Source of the DNA: Hydrurus foetidus
Taxonomy: Eukaryota
Assembly: GCA_900617105.1 (NCBI GenBank)
Contig: UYFQ01000010.1
Location: 124,001 to 188,000 of the forward strand
DNA: 64,000 bases
Reading direction: 5' to 3'
Positions 19,469 through 30,328 of this stretch are shown in pieces; the first letter of the stretch is position 1; each line of letters starts with the position of its first letter. The translations under genes and the position numbers were made by a program. A model generated the notes under the pieces. That model saw nothing but the letters and a program-made list of their open reading frames with translations. It made no database searches and was not told where the DNA came from.

Positions 19469-20443
19469 CTAGTTCACCATCACCAGCTTGCCCATCACCC
19501 CGCGTGAGCCCATGTGGGCATAGGCGGCCTTGAGCTCGGCCATGGGCATGGTGCGGTCGATCACCGGTTTGATCCTGCCCTGCCCATACCATTGGGCCAG
19601 CTCGCCCATCATGGCGGCGTTGGCCTTGGGTTCCTTCTTGGCGAAGTCACCCCAGAACACACCGACGATGCTGGCGCCCTTGAGCAGCGCCAGGTTGAAC
19701 GGCAATGCGGGAATGGGGCCGGACGCAAAGCCCACCACCAAATAGCGGCCGCGCCAGGCAATGGAGCGGAAGGCGGGCTCGGCAAAGTCGCCGCCCACGG
19801 GGTCGTAAATCACGTCCGGGCCTTTGCCGTCGGTCAGGGCCTTGATGGCCTCGCGCAAATTCTCGGTGCTGTAGTTGATCGTGGCGTCAGCGCCAATGGA
19901 TGTGCACAGGTCGCATTTTTCTTGCGTGGAGGCCGCAGCAATCACGCGTGCGCCCACGGCCTTGGCGATCTGGATGGCCGAGGTACCCACGCCGCCGGCG
20001 GCGCCCAGCACCAGCACGGTCTCACCGACCTTGAGCTGGGCACGGTCTACCAGCGCATGGTACGAGGTTGCGTAAATCATGATGAAGGCTGCGGCATCCA
20101 CCATCGGGAAGCCGGGCGGCAGTGGCATGCACAACGCGGCAGGCGCAATGGTGTGCGTGCCAAAGCCGCCGGTGCCGCTCAGGCAGGCCACGGGTTGGCC
20201 GACTTTGAGGTGCGTGACGCCTTCGCCCACCGCCTGCACGATGCCCGCGTACTCCGAGCCCGGCACAAAGGGCAGGGCGGGTTTCATTTGGTACTTGTTT
20301 TGCACGATCAGGATGTCGGGAAAGTTCAGGCTGGCGGCTTTGATCTCCAGCAGCACCTCGCCCGCTTTGGGCTGCGGGGTGGGCAGCTCTTTCCAGGTCA
20401 GGGCGTCGATGCCGGTGGGGGTTTCACAAAGCCAGGCGTGCAT
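19469..20443 (-). CDS. NADPH:quinone oxidoreductase family protein (MDR)
   Basis: ASLNFPD, PFVPGSE, GAAGGVG, YDPVGG. Confidence 0.92.
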   Translation of the reverse strand: MHAWLCETPTGIDALTWKELPTPQPKAGEVLLEIKAASLNFPDILIVQNKYQMKPALPFVPGSEYAGIVQAVGEGVTHLKVGQPVACLSGTGGFGTHTIAPAALCMPLPPGFPMVDAAAFIMIYATSYHALVDRAQLKVGETVLVLGAAGGVGTSAIQIAKAVGARVIAAASTQEKCDLCTSIGADATINYSTENLREAIKALTDGKGPDVIYDPVGGDFAEPAFRSIAWRGRYLVVGFASGPIPALPFNLALLKGASIVGVFWGDFAKKEPKANAAMMGELAQWYGQGRIKPVIDRTMPMAELKAAYAHMGSRGVMGKLVMVN

Positions 20444-20555
20444 GGGAGTCTCCAAAAAAGTTGGCAAATCATAGGTCTATGCCGTTACGCAAAATGTCTC
20501 ACGGGTGACCAGGGCAGCACCCCCCACCTACAATGGCCGCACACTCGCATTCCAT

Positions 20556-21335
20556 ATGAAAATCCTGATTTCCAACGACGACGGCTACCAAGCCCCCGGC
20601 ATCGTGGCGCTCTATGAGGCGCTCAAAGACATTGCCGAGGTGGAGGTGATTGCCCCAGAGCAAAACAACAGCGCCAAATCGAACGCACTGACCCTGCATT
20701 CGCCGCTGTCGGTGCACCGGGCGGCGAACGGCTTTCGCTACGTGAATGGCACACCCGCGGACTGTGTGCACATTGCGCTCAGCGGTCTGCTGGACTACCG
20801 GCCTGATCTGGTGGTGTCCGGCATCAACAACGGCGCCAACATGGGCGACGACACGATTTACTCAGGCACCGTGGGCGCGGCCATGGAGGGTTTTTTGTTT
20901 GGTATTCCGGCCATTGCCTTCTCGCAGGTCGATAAAGACTGGGTGCACCTGGCCTCTGCGGCGCAAAAGGCGCGTGAGCTGGTGCTGTCCATGCAACAGC
21001 AGCAGTTGATCACCCCCACGCCCTGGCTGTTGAATGTGAATATTCCCAACCTGCCCTTTGACCAGATTGGCAGTGCGAAGCTGTGCCGCCTGGGCAAGCG
21101 CCATGCGGCAGAAAAAGTGATCCAGCAGCAGAGTCCGCGTGGTGACACCATGTACTGGATTGGCGCCGCTGGCCCGGTGAAAGACGATGCCGAGGGCACG
21201 GACTTCCACGCCACAGCGCAGGGCCATGTGGCCATCACACCGCTCAAGGTGGACCTGACGGACCACGACAACCTGGGCTACTGGGCGCAAACCGCGTCCC
21301 GGCTGGCGCCAAACTCCCCGCCGGTTGGTGCATGA
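20556..21335 (+). CDS. surE: 5'/3'-nucleotidase SurE
   Basis: [30 protein letters not shown]. Confidence 0.96.
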   Translation: MKILISNDDGYQAPGIVALYEALKDIAEVEVIAPEQNNSAKSNALTLHSPLSVHRAANGFRYVNGTPADCVHIALSGLLDYRPDLVVSGINNGANMGDDTIYSGTVGAAMEGFLFGIPAIAFSQVDKDWVHLASAAQKARELVLSMQQQQLITPTPWLLNVNIPNLPFDQIGSAKLCRLGKRHAAEKVIQQQSPRGDTMYWIGAAGPVKDDAEGTDFHATAQGHVAITPLKVDLTDHDNLGYWAQTASRLAPNSPPVGA

Positions 21336-22117
21336 AAGAGCGCCCCTCGTTTCCCGCCCGGCTGGACGCCACGCTGGCCAAGACGCGGCCCAATCCGCAT
21401 GGTGCGGTGGCTGCTAGTTCGACGACCGCGGGCAAACCGGTGCAGCCGGTGTCGCGGGGCCATGGCATGGACTCGCAGGCCGTGCGCCAGCACATGGTGC
21501 AAAAGCTGGCCGGCCAGGGCGTGACCGACCCGATGGTGCTGAGCGCCATGGGGGCGATTGAGCGCCACCGCTTTGTAGACAGTGCGCTGGTGAACCAGGC
21601 CTACGAAGACACCAGCCTGCCGATCGGGCTGGGGCAAACGATTTCCAAGCCCGGCGTGGTGTCGCGCATGATTGAGTTGATGCGCGACGGCGCCACGGGC
21701 CGGCTGGGCCGGGTGCTGGAGATTGGCACGGGCTGTGGTTACCAGGCCGCCGTGCTGAGCCTGGTGGCGGACGAGGTGTACAGCATAGAGCGCCTGCGCG
21801 GCCTGCACGACAAGGCGCGCGAGAACCTGCGCCACCTGCGCCTGGCCAATGTGCATTTGCTGTTTGGCGATGGCATGGCGGGTTATGCCAAGGGCGCGCC
21901 GTATGCTGCCATCATTGCTGCCGCGGGCGGCGAGGCCGTGCCCCAGGCCTGGGTGGACCAACTGGCTGTGGGCGGGCGCCTGGTGGCCCCAGTGGTGACC
22001 TCAGGGCCCGGCGGGGGTGGTCAGGTGTTGTTGGTGCTGGACAAGACCCCGCAGGGGGTGCGCCAGACCCTGCTGGAAGCAGTGCATTTTGTCCCTCTAA
22101 AATCAGGCGTTGCCTAA
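21332..22117 (+). CDS. pcm: Protein-L-isoaspartate O-methyltransferase
   Basis: [23 protein letters not shown]; synteny with surE. Confidence 0.94.
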   Translation: MKERPSFPARLDATLAKTRPNPHGAVAASSTTAGKPVQPVSRGHGMDSQAVRQHMVQKLAGQGVTDPMVLSAMGAIERHRFVDSALVNQAYEDTSLPIGLGQTISKPGVVSRMIELMRDGATGRLGRVLEIGTGCGYQAAVLSLVADEVYSIERLRGLHDKARENLRHLRLANVHLLFGDGMAGYAKGAPYAAIIAAAGGEAVPQAWVDQLAVGGRLVAPVVTSGPGGGGQVLLVLDKTPQGVRQTLLEAVHFVPLKSGVA

Positions 22118-22131
22118 AGGGAAATCAAATT

Positions 22132-23037
22132 ATGTACGGTATGCGTCAATGGGGTGGTTCTGCGGTGTGTGTGGCTGTGCTGGTCCTGTCCGGCTGCGGC
22201 TCCAGCCCGATCAACCACGCGCCCGTGGAAGACCGCAACGCCGCGGGCAGCAAGCCCGGTGTGGTGATGGATGCCCGCACCCAGGCGGTCAAGCAGCCGC
22301 CCGGTTTTGAGAACGCGGGCAAGGCCGGCTACTACACCATCAAGCCCGGTGACACGCTGATTCGCATTGCGCTGGAAACCGGCCAAAGCCAAAAAGACAT
22401 TGCGCGCTGGAACGCACTTGAGAATCCCAACAAGATTGAGGTAGGCCAGGTGATTCGCGTGGTGGCGCCTGTGGCGGGTGAGACCGCAGTGGCTACGGCC
22501 AAGCCTGTGGCGGCCTCTGCGGCCACTACCACGGCCCTGCCGGCCTCTAGCGCAGCTGCCGCTCCTGCATCCGCCTCGTCGTCGTCCGCAGCACCGGCTC
22601 CTGCAGCCTCTGCGGCCGCAGCAACCAAGCCCGTAGCACCTGCGCCCGCGCCAACATCGGGTGGCGATGACGACGTGGCCTGGATCTGGCCCGGCAGCGG
22701 TGCTGTGCTGGCCGGCTTTGACGAGGTGAAGAACAAGGGCCTGGACATTGGTGGCGCTGCGGGCGACCCCGTGCTGGCCGCTGGCGAGGGCAAGGTGGTG
22801 TACGCCGGTGCGGGCCTGCGTGGCTACGGCAACCTGATCATCCTCAAGCACAACAACACCTACCTCACGGCCTATGCCCACAACCAGACGCTGCTGGTCA
22901 AGGAAGACCAGGTCGTGAAGAAGGGCCAGAAGATTGCCGAGATGGGCAACAGCGACGCCGACCGCGTGAAGCTGCACTTTGAGGTGCGCCGGCAAGGCAA
23001 GCCGGTGGACCCGGCCAAGTACCTGCCCGCCAGATAG
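22132..23037 (+). CDS. nlpD: LysM / M23 peptidase lipoprotein NlpD
   Basis: Lipobox LSGC, LysM domain, NKGLDI, YAHN, LHFEVR. Confidence 0.92.
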   Translation: MYGMRQWGGSAVCVAVLVLSGCGSSPINHAPVEDRNAAGSKPGVVMDARTQAVKQPPGFENAGKAGYYTIKPGDTLIRIALETGQSQKDIARWNALENPNKIEVGQVIRVVAPVAGETAVATAKPVAASAATTTALPASSAAAAPASASSSSAAPAPAASAAAATKPVAPAPAPTSGGDDDVAWIWPGSGAVLAGFDEVKNKGLDIGGAAGDPVLAAGEGKVVYAGAGLRGYGNLIILKHNNTYLTAYAHNQTLLVKEDQVVKKGQKIAEMGNSDADRVKLHFEVRRQGKPVDPAKYLPAR

Positions 23038-23047
23038 CAGGCCCCGT

Positions 23048-24073
23048 ATGAAAAAGCCCCCCAGCGCTCACCCACTCGACAGCCCAGTCGGTCAGCGTAG
23101 CGCGGGGCTGGGTTTGGAGTCAAATATGCCTCTAGCCCCCATGGAGTCTGCGCCAGCAGCTCCTGAAATCATAGCGGCCGTCGAGCTGAATCGCCTTGCC
23201 CGCGAGGTGCAGCCCGGCGATGAATCGGCCGATGCGCTGTCCATCTACCTGCGTGGCGTGCGCCGCACCACGCTGTTCACTCCCGAAGAAGAGTTTGCCG
23301 CCGCCACCCGCGCCCGGGCCGGTGACTTTGAGGCACGGCAAAGCATGATCGAGCACAACCTGCGCTTGGTGGTCAGCATTGCGAAGGGCTACACCGGGCG
23401 GGGCGTGCCCATGTCCGACCTGATCGAAGAGGGCAACCTGGGGCTGATGCACGCCATCGACAAGTTCGAGCCCGAGCGCGGCTTTCGCTTTTCTACCTAC
23501 GCGACCTGGTGGATACGCCAATCGGTGGACCGCGCGCTGATGTACCAAGGCCGCGCAGTGCGACTGCCGGTGAACGTGGTGCGCGAGGTGCAGCAGGTGC
23601 TGCGCGCACGCCGGGCGCTGGAAAACGACGCTGCGCTGGTGGCCAGACGCCCTGAGGGCATCCGCGCGGAAGACATTGCGCACCTGTTGGGGCGTGAGTC
23701 GTCCGACATTGTGGATTTGCTCGCCATGGCCGAGACACCCCGCTCGCTGGACGCTTCGCTGGACCCGTCGGGCGACGAGCATTCACTGGGCGACAGCCTG
23801 GTGGACGAGCTGGCGCTGGACCCCGAGGACTCGGCCCAGGCCCACGAGGTAGACACGCTGCTGGAAAGCTGGATTGCCACACTCTCGCCGCGCGAACGCG
23901 AGGTGCTGGAGGGCCGCTTTGGCCTGCATGACCGCGAGCCCGAGACGCTGGACGTGATCAGCAGCCGCTTGGGTCTGACGCGCGAGCGCGTGCGACAGGT
24001 GCAAAACGAGGCGCTGTTCAAGCTCAAACGCCACCTGGCCCGTCGCGGCATCAAGCGCGAATTTCTGATGTAG
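23048..24073 (+). CDS. rpoS: RNA polymerase sigma factor RpoS-like
   Basis: [39 protein letters not shown]; downstream of nlpD; start approximate. Confidence 0.88.
   Translation: MKKPPSAHPLDSPVGQRSAGLGLESNMPLAPMESAPAAPEIIAAVELNRLAREVQPGDESADALSIYLRGVRRTTLFTPEEEFAAATRARAGDFEARQSMIEHNLRLVVSIAKGYTGRGVPMSDLIEEGNLGLMHAIDKFEPERGFRFSTYATWWIRQSVDRALMYQGRAVRLPVNVVREVQQVLRARRALENDAALVARRPEGIRAEDIAHLLGRESSDIVDLLAMAETPRSLDASLDPSGDEHSLGDSLVDELALDPEDSAQAHEVDTLLESWIATLSPREREVLEGRFGLHDREPETLDVISSRLGLTRERVRQVQNEALFKLKRHLARRGIKREFLM
23132..23176 (+). repeat. Dispersed 45-bp motif, copy 3 (in the rpoS N-terminus)
   Basis: CTAGCCCCCATGGAGTCTGCGCCAGCAGCTCCTGAAATCATAGCG. Confidence 0.88.
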
Positions 24074-24120
24074 CTCGCAGGCCCCCGCGGGCCTTGCTGC
24101 GTACCTGAGACAATTCAGCC

Positions 24121-25641
24121 ATGAGCGACGCAATTTCCCCCGACACCCTTTCCCCTATTTCCCCCGAAACCCCGACCGAACCCGCACTGCCCGAAGGCTG
24201 GCTGCGCGTCAAATCGCTGGACCTGGAGGCCCAGGGCGTGGCCCATCGGCCGGATGGCAAGGTGGTGTTCATTGACGGCGCGTTGCCGTTTGAGGTGGTG
24301 AGCGCCCAGATTCACCGCAGCAAAAGTAGCTTTGAGAAAGGCACGCTGACCGAGATCCACCGCGAATCCTCCCAGCGCGTGCGCCCGGCCTGCCCACACT
24401 TTGGCCTGCATGAAGGCGCGTGTGGAGGTTGCAAGATGCAGCACTTGCACGTGAGCGCTCAGGTGGCGGTGAAGCAGCGCGTGCTGGAGGACAACCTCTG
24501 GCATATCGGCAAGGTCAAGCCCGACAACATCCTGCGCCCCATCGAGGGCCCGGCCTGGGGCTACCGCTACCGCGCACGCCTGTCGGTGCGCCATGTACGC
24601 AAAAAGGGCCAGGTACTGATTGGCTTCCATGAGCGCAAGAGCCGCTACGTGGCCGACATGAAGGAATGCCATGTGCTGGCGCCCCATGTGAGCGCCATGC
24701 TGGTGCCACTGCGCCGCCTGATCGAGTCCATGGACGCGATCGAAACGCTGCCGCAGATCGAGCTGGCCATGGGCGATATGGCCCCCACGGCGGGGGCCAA
24801 CGGCGGTGCGGGGGAGGTGATCGCCATGGTGCTGCGCCACCTGGAGCCGCTGTCCGACGGCGACCTGGAACGTTTGCGCCAGTTCGCGGCGATCAACCCT
24901 GGCCTGCAGTGGTGGCTGCAGCCCAAGGGGCTGGACACCGTGCACCGCCTGGACGAGCTGCCCGGCCACAGCACAGGCCAGCTGGCCTACCAGCTGCCCG
25001 ACTTTGGCATCACCATGCCGTTTCGCCCCACCGACTTCACCCAGGTGAACCCCCACATCAACCGCGTGCTGGTGTCGCACGCGCTGGGCCTGCTAGCGGT
25101 GCAAAAGACCGAACGTGTGATCGACTGGTTCTGCGGCCTGGGCAACTTCACGCTGCCGCTGGCCACGCAGGCGCGTGAAGTGCTGGGCGTGGAGGGCGCC
25201 GAGGCGCTGGTGGTGCGTTCGCGCGAGAACCTGGCGCTGAATGTGGCGGCTGGTTTAGAGTCAAATAACCCTCTAGCCCCCGTCAATCCTGCGCTAGCAG
25301 CTACAAAATTCGTAGCGCGCAACCTGTTTGAGATGACGCCTGAGTTGCTGATTGGCGATGGCACAGCCGACAAGTGGCTGGTCGACCCACCCCGCGAAGG
25401 CGCGTTCTCCCTGGTGCAGGCCTTGGCCGCCCTGCACCAGCAGCCAGAGCTGCGCAAAGGCTGGACGCCACCCCAGCGCATTGTCTACGTGAGCTGCAAC
25501 CCGGCCACGCTGGCGCGCGATGCGGGTGTGCTGGTACAAGAGGCGGGCTACCGCTGTACCAAAGGGGGCGTGGTGAACATGTTCCCCCATACGGCGCACG
25601 TGGAGAGCATTGCGGTGTTCGAGCTGGCTGAAGCGGCCTAA
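24121..25641 (+). CDS. rlmD: 23S rRNA m5U1939 methyltransferase
   Basis: TRAM domain, CPHFG..CGGC Fe-S motif, [25 protein letters not shown]. Confidence 0.94.
   Translation: MSDAISPDTLSPISPETPTEPALPEGWLRVKSLDLEAQGVAHRPDGKVVFIDGALPFEVVSAQIHRSKSSFEKGTLTEIHRESSQRVRPACPHFGLHEGACGGCKMQHLHVSAQVAVKQRVLEDNLWHIGKVKPDNILRPIEGPAWGYRYRARLSVRHVRKKGQVLIGFHERKSRYVADMKECHVLAPHVSAMLVPLRRLIESMDAIETLPQIELAMGDMAPTAGANGGAGEVIAMVLRHLEPLSDGDLERLRQFAAINPGLQWWLQPKGLDTVHRLDELPGHSTGQLAYQLPDFGITMPFRPTDFTQVNPHINRVLVSHALGLLAVQKTERVIDWFCGLGNFTLPLATQAREVLGVEGAEALVVRSRENLALNVAAGLESNNPLAPVNPALAATKFVARNLFEMTPELLIGDGTADKWLVDPPREGAFSLVQALAALHQQPELRKGWTPPQRIVYVSCNPATLARDAGVLVQEAGYRCTKGGVVNMFPHTAHVESIAVFELAEAA
25273..25317 (+). 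repeat. Dispersed 45-bp motif, copy 4 (inside rlmD)
   Basis: CTAGCCCCCGTCAATCCTGCGCTAGCAGCTACAAAATTCGTAGCG. Confidence 0.9.
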
Positions 25642-25645
25642 TGAC

Positions 25646-26029
25646 TTAGTGCGCGGCGGCCTTGTCGGTGGCTTTGACTGCGGACTTGGCCTTGGCCTTG
25701 CTGACTTCGGCGGGCTTGTCGTCCTTGGGCTCGGTGGTGACATCTTCCTCGGTCCCCGCCGGTTTGAGGCCCTTGGGTGCAACGCCCTCGATCTTGTTGT
25801 CCCGCATGTACTGGTCCATGTCCTTCCAGCCCGCAAAGACTGCCGCCTTGGCGGCTTTCTCGTTCAGGGCGTAGCAGTCTTCCAGGCTGCGCAGGCCGTG
25901 GCGGCAGGCGCCACCAATGGCCTTGGCGTCTGCCTCACGCTGGGCCACACGCGGGTCTGCCAGCAGGGCTTGCAAATCGCAACCTGCCAGGAAGAGGGTC
26001 AATGCCAGAAGAAGGGGGCGTAAGGTCAT
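25646..26029 (-). CDS. Hypothetical lipoprotein
   Basis: LAGC lipobox; AKAIGGACRH...CY..N motif. Confidence 0.75.
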   Translation of the reverse strand: MTLRPLLLALTLFLAGCDLQALLADPRVAQREADAKAIGGACRHGLRSLEDCYALNEKAAKAAVFAGWKDMDQYMRDNKIEGVAPKGLKPAGTEEDVTTEPKDDKPAEVSKAKAKSAVKATDKAAAH

Positions 26030-26105
26030 GAAGGCTATTAGTGGTCTACGTCTTTTATCGGCAGATTTTGGCGGGCATTGAGTTTTGCAGGCTGTACGCC
26101 CAAAG

Positions 26106-26126
26106 AAAAAGGCCCCGAAGGGCCTT
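26106..26126 (-). terminator. Terminator after the yccA-like gene
   Basis: Reverse complement: AAGGCCC-TTCG-GGGCCTTTTT. Confidence 0.75.
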
Positions 26127-26161
26127 GTACACGGGCGCGCGGGGCGCCCAATTCGGGGGGG

Positions 26162-26857
26162 TTAGTCGCGCTCGCCACCAAAGATGCCCAGCAAGGCCAG
26201 CAGGTTGCTGAAGATGTTGTACAGGCTGATGTAGACGCCCAGTGTGGCGCTGATGTAGTTGGTTTCTTCGCCGTTCTGTACGCGCTTGAGGTCGTACAAA
26301 ATGAAGGCCGATGAGATACCAATGACCAGCACCGACAGCGTAATCATCAGGGCGCTGCTTTGCAGGAAGATGTTGGCCACCGCTGCAATCAGCACCATGA
26401 CCATGCCGATGAACAGGAACTTGCCCATGGACGACAGATCGCGCTTGATCACGGTTGACAAGGTCGCCATGCCGAAAAACACGCCACCGGTGCCGGCAAA
26501 GGCTAGCATGATCAAGCTGGCACCGTTGCTCAGGCCCAGTACAGAGCCAATCAGCCGGGACAGCATCAGGCCCATGAAGAACGTGAAGCCCAGCAGCAAA
26601 GGAACGCCAGCGGCTGAGTTCTTGAACTTTTCGACAGCGAACATCAGGCCGAAGGCTCCCACCAAGAACACCATCATGCTGATGCCAGGTGTCAACGCGG
26701 CGGTGATGCCGGTGGCCACGCCAATCCATGCACCCAGGATGGTGGGAATCATGGACAGGGATAGCAGCCAGTAGGTATTGCGCAGCACTTTATTGCGCTC
26801 TGCGTTGGATGCGCCATAGCCCAAGCTTTGGTCCATGGTGGTTGTGCGGTCGGTCAT
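26162..26857 (-). CDS. yccA: Bax inhibitor-1/YccA family membrane protein
   Basis: NKVLRNTYWLL, about 7 TM helices, GEETNYISAT. Confidence 0.88.
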   Translation of the reverse strand: MTDRTTTMDQSLGYGASNAERNKVLRNTYWLLSLSMIPTILGAWIGVATGITAALTPGISMMVFLVGAFGLMFAVEKFKNSAAGVPLLLGFTFFMGLMLSRLIGSVLGLSNGASLIMLAFAGTGGVFFGMATLSTVIKRDLSSMGKFLFIGMVMVLIAAVANIFLQSSALMITLSVLVIGISSAFILYDLKRVQNGEETNYISATLGVYISLYNIFSNLLALLGIFGGERD

Positions 26858-27042
26858 AGTGATCCTCCAGAAGAACTGCAATGTGCAGATGCAGTCATTC
26901 TAGGGTTTAACAAGGGCAGGGCCATACGTTTGCCTAGTATTGGCCGGGTTTTATGCAGGGCTGTTGTGCGCAGCAGGCGTTTAAAACGCCCTGCGCAAAC
27001 GGTATGCTCAGGGTTTTTACCCATCTGCAGAGAGTGCACACC

Positions 27043-27450
27043 ATGAAAACCAAGCCTGTACTGGAATTTGCCGACATCAAAGCCATTGCCGCCGCGGCCG
27101 AAGCCGAAGCGCTGAAAAACAACTGGGCCGTGAGCATTGCCATCGTGGACGACGGTGGCCATTTACTGTCCTACCAGCGTCTGGACGGTGCTGCGCCCAT
27201 CTCGGCCCACATTGCCCCCGCCAAGGCCCGCACGGCCGCCCTGGGCCGCCGCGAGAGCAAGGTGTATGAGGACATGATCAATGGTGGCCGTGTGTCCTTC
27301 CTGAGCGCGCCCGACATGGACGGCATGCTAGAAGGCGGTGTGCCCATCCTGAAAGACGGCCAGTGCCTGGGTGCCGTGGGCGTGAGTGGTGTGAAGTCCA
27401 GCGAAGATGCGCAAATTGCCGAGGCCGGAATTGCCGCTATCGGCCTGTAA
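27043..27450 (+). CDS. GlcG/HbpS family heme-binding protein
   Basis: IAIVDDGG, AKARTA, GGVPI...GAVGVSG. Confidence 0.9.
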   Translation: MKTKPVLEFADIKAIAAAAEAEALKNNWAVSIAIVDDGGHLLSYQRLDGAAPISAHIAPAKARTAALGRRESKVYEDMINGGRVSFLSAPDMDGMLEGGVPILKDGQCLGAVGVSGVKSSEDAQIAEAGIAAIGL

Positions 27451-27466
27451 TCCGCTATTTTTACGC

Positions 27467-27661
27467 CTATTTGGTAAGGATGAGCTTGCCCGACTTGGTT
27501 CTTTGTAGGCGGTAGCGCTGGCCGTTGTGTTCGATCTCGATGGCCTGGCGCGCGCCAAACAACTCGCTGGACTGCAGCACGCCTTGGGCCGGCTGCGTGG
27601 CAGTCTCAGTCGGGTTGGCCTGCGGGGCGGGCAACGGCTGGGTAATGTGCACGAGCAACAT
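27467..27661 (-). CDS. hemP: Hemin uptake protein HemP
   Basis: SSELF...IEHNGQRYRLQRTKSGKLILTK. Confidence 0.9.
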   Translation of the reverse strand: MLLVHITQPLPAPQANPTETATQPAQGVLQSSELFGARQAIEIEHNGQRYRLQRTKSGKLILTK

Positions 27662-27673
27662 GGCGCGCAAGCC

Positions 27674-28099
27674 TTACGGTTGCTTGGGTTCGGTAATAAA
27701 GCCGATCTTGCGCAGGCCGGCCTGTTGCGCAGCGCCCATGGCCTGGGCCACAAACTCATAACGCACGCTCTTGTCACCGCGGATGTGCAGCTCGGGCTGC
27801 GGGTCCTTGGCGGCCTCGGCCTGCAACACTGCAGGCAGCGCATCAGCGGCGACCGGGCTCTGGTTCAGGAAGTAAGTGCCCTGGGCATCCACGCTGAGCT
27901 GGATGGTCTCGGGCTTGGTGGTTTGGGGCTGGGCGGTGGCCGTGGGCAGTTCCACGTTCACCGCCTGTTTCATCACCGGCACGGTGATGATGAAGATGAT
28001 GAGCAGCACCAGCATCACGTCCACCAATGGCGTCATGTTGATTTCGTTCATCACCTCGGAGTCACCGTCCGAGGTGGCGTCTTGCATTCCGAAGGCCAT
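27674..28099 (-). CDS. exbD: Biopolymer transport protein ExbD
   Basis: EINMTPLVDVMLVLLIIF. Confidence 0.93.
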   Translation of the reverse strand: MAFGMQDATSDGDSEVMNEINMTPLVDVMLVLLIIFIITVPVMKQAVNVELPTATAQPQTTKPETIQLSVDAQGTYFLNQSPVAADALPAVLQAEAAKDPQPELHIRGDKSVRYEFVAQAMGAAQQAGLRKIGFITEPKQP

Positions 28100-28108
28100 A
28101 GGTGTTCC

Positions 28109-28825
28109 TTAGGCCTTCTTCATGGCAACAACCTTGCCATCGACATGGCTGTTGCCCACACGGGCGCCCGTCACAAAGTAGGCGTGCAGGTCGTGCGCAA
28201 AGCGGTTCAACTTGGTCAGGATGGACTTGTTGCCGCGCACCAGGGCGTTGTAGCCCAACACGGCGGGGATGGCCACGGCCAAGCCCAGTGCCGTCATGAT
28301 CAGTGCTTCGCCGATGGGACCGGCCACCTTGTCGATGGTGGCGGAACCTGCAGCACCAATGCCCATGAGCGCGTGGTAAATGCCCCAGACCGTGCCAAAC
28401 AAACCCACAAATGGCGCGGTAGAGCCGACCGACGCCAGGATCGCCAGGCCGCTTTGGAAGCGGGCCGTGCTGTCGTCGATGCTGTTGCGCAGTGAGCGGC
28501 TGATCCAGTCGCTGATGTCCAGCGCGTCGTGCAACTGGGTTTGGGTGTTGCGGTGGTGGGCCGTCGCTTCTTTACCGGCTTGTGCCAGTTCCACAAAGGG
28601 GTTGCTCTCTTGCTGGCCCAGGGCCTTCATGCCGGTGTTGAAGTCCTCGCTGTGCCAGAAGGTTTCGGTGCGCTGGCCCAGCGATTTGTATTTGAAGATG
28701 TCCAGCGCCTTGATCAGGATCACGATCCAAGAAGACAGTGACATAACCAGCAAGAGCAGGGCGACCGATTTGGTCACCCAGTCGCCTTGGGTCCAGAGGG
28801 TGATAAGTCCGAGTTGCGATTCCAT
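28109..28825 (-). CDS. exbB: MotA/TolQ/ExbB proton channel protein
   Basis: STAPFVGLFGTVWGI, EALIMTALGLAVAIPA. Confidence 0.93.
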   Translation of the reverse strand: MESQLGLITLWTQGDWVTKSVALLLLVMSLSSWIVILIKALDIFKYKSLGQRTETFWHSEDFNTGMKALGQQESNPFVELAQAGKEATAHHRNTQTQLHDALDISDWISRSLRNSIDDSTARFQSGLAILASVGSTAPFVGLFGTVWGIYHALMGIGAAGSATIDKVAGPIGEALIMTALGLAVAIPAVLGYNALVRGNKSILTKLNRFAHDLHAYFVTGARVGNSHVDGKVVAMKKA

Positions 28826-28853
28826 GTAACTACTCCAAAAAATTCAAGAAAAA

Positions 28854-29573
28854 TCAGTTCAGTACCCAGTTCACGGGCACGTCAAACCACATGGCCTCGG
28901 CCACGCCACCGCGCTTGCCCGGGACATAGCGCCATTTCATGACGGTGCTCAAAGCCGCTTGGTCCAAGCGTTCAAAGCCGCTAGACGTTTTGATGGTGGG
29001 TTGCGAGGCCTGGCCGTCGGTGCCAATCAGCACGCGAATGACCACCTTGCCTGTTTCGTGCACGCGCTTGCTGATTGCCGGGTAGGCAGGTTTGGGGTTG
29101 TTGAGGTAGTCCGCATCGCTGGACGGCAACTCGACCTTGGGTTGAGCGGGAGGCGAGGGCTGCGCATTGGCGGTGTTGCCGGGTTGAGCGCTGGCCGGGG
29201 CAGCGGCTACTGCTGTTGGGGCCGCTTCCGATGGCGCGGGGGCATTGGCCGATGGCGCCATGGCAAAAGGTGTGGGCGCGGTTTGTTGTGCTGCTGCCGG
29301 GGTGGGGGTAGGCAATGTCGGCTTGGGTGTGGGCGCTTTGACCTGAACGTTGGGTTGCGGCAGTGGCTGGGGTTTTTGCTCCGGGGCCGGCGGCGCCATC
29401 ATCTCCACCAGAATTTCGGCGGGCACGATGACCTCGACCACACGGCGCAGCAGGCCGGTTTGCACGGCCCACAGCACGGCAATGTGGAACAGGACCACGC
29501 TGATGACGATGGTCGTGTTGCGGCTCACGGCGGGTAGCGTGTTGGGGTGGCGTAGGGTAGAGCTAGACATCAT
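28854..29573 (-). CDS. tonB: Energy transducer TonB
   Basis: N-terminal TM with His, Pro-rich linker, PAYP...SSGFERLDQAA. Confidence 0.92.
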   Translation of the reverse strand: MMSSSTLRHPNTLPAVSRNTTIVISVVLFHIAVLWAVQTGLLRRVVEVIVPAEILVEMMAPPAPEQKPQPLPQPNVQVKAPTPKPTLPTPTPAAAQQTAPTPFAMAPSANAPAPSEAAPTAVAAAPASAQPGNTANAQPSPPAQPKVELPSSDADYLNNPKPAYPAISKRVHETGKVVIRVLIGTDGQASQPTIKTSSGFERLDQAALSTVMKWRYVPGKRGGVAEAMWFDVPVNWVLN

Positions 29574-29611
29574 TTTTCAAGAGACTTCAAAACAGCAATC
29601 GGACGGCGGAG

Positions 29612-30295
29612 TCAGGTATCAGCCCACATGCGCAACAGGTTGTGGTACACGCCGGTCAGAGCCGTGGTTTCGCCCGACTCTCCCAAGCGCTGGCGCAGGC
29701 CCAGCAGGTTCATGTCCAGCTCGTGAAGGGTGCGCCGTTGTTCGTCGCTGCGCACCATGCTCTCAATCCAGAAAAAACAGGCGATGCGGTGACCTCGCGT
29801 GACCGGCTTCACCTGGTGCAGGCTGGTGCCGGGGTACAGCACCATGTGGCCGGCGGGCAATTTCACCGCCTGTTGGCCATACGTGTCGGCAATGCACAGC
29901 TCACCACCGTCGTAGTCTTCCGGATTCGACAGGAATACGGTGCACGACACGTCGGTGCGCACACGTTCTCCGGTGCCAGGCGTGTAGCGCACTGCCCCAT
30001 CAATGTGGTTGCCATAGAAGTTGCTGTCACCGCCGTAGCGGTTCAGGCGCGGAGGAAAGACTTTCTTGGGCAGCGTCGCAGAGAAGAAGGTGGGACTGCG
30101 GTCTAGCGCGCGCAGCACCATCGCACGAATGGTGCGCGCCGCTTCGCTGTCATGGTCCAGCTGCAAGTTGTTCTTGACTTGCTTCGCCTGCTCCCCCGCC
30201 CCCGCTTTCCCATCCACCCACGGGGCGGTAGCCAGCAGGGTTTGGGCTAGTGCAACTTCTTCAGGATTGAGGATGTCGGGCAGGTGCAGGAGCAT
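29612..30295 (-). CDS. piuC: PKHD-type Fe(II)/2OG dioxygenase (PiuC/YbiX)
   Basis: HIDG, RTDVSCT, YDGGEL, SLHQV.PVTRG.R. Confidence 0.9.
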   Translation of the reverse strand: MLLHLPDILNPEEVALAQTLLATAPWVDGKAGAGEQAKQVKNNLQLDHDSEAARTIRAMVLRALDRSPTFFSATLPKKVFPPRLNRYGGDSNFYGNHIDGAVRYTPGTGERVRTDVSCTVFLSNPEDYDGGELCIADTYGQQAVKLPAGHMVLYPGTSLHQVKPVTRGHRIACFFWIESMVRSDEQRRTLHELDMNLLGLRQRLGESGETTALTGVYHNLLRMWADT

Positions 30296-30328
30296 GGCGG
30301 CGGCTAGCTTTGGTGGGTGGAAAAGGCT

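Noticed and set aside
22480..22660. Ala/Ser/Pro low-complexity stretch in nlpD
   Set aside because: Normal flexible linker between the LysM and M23 domains.
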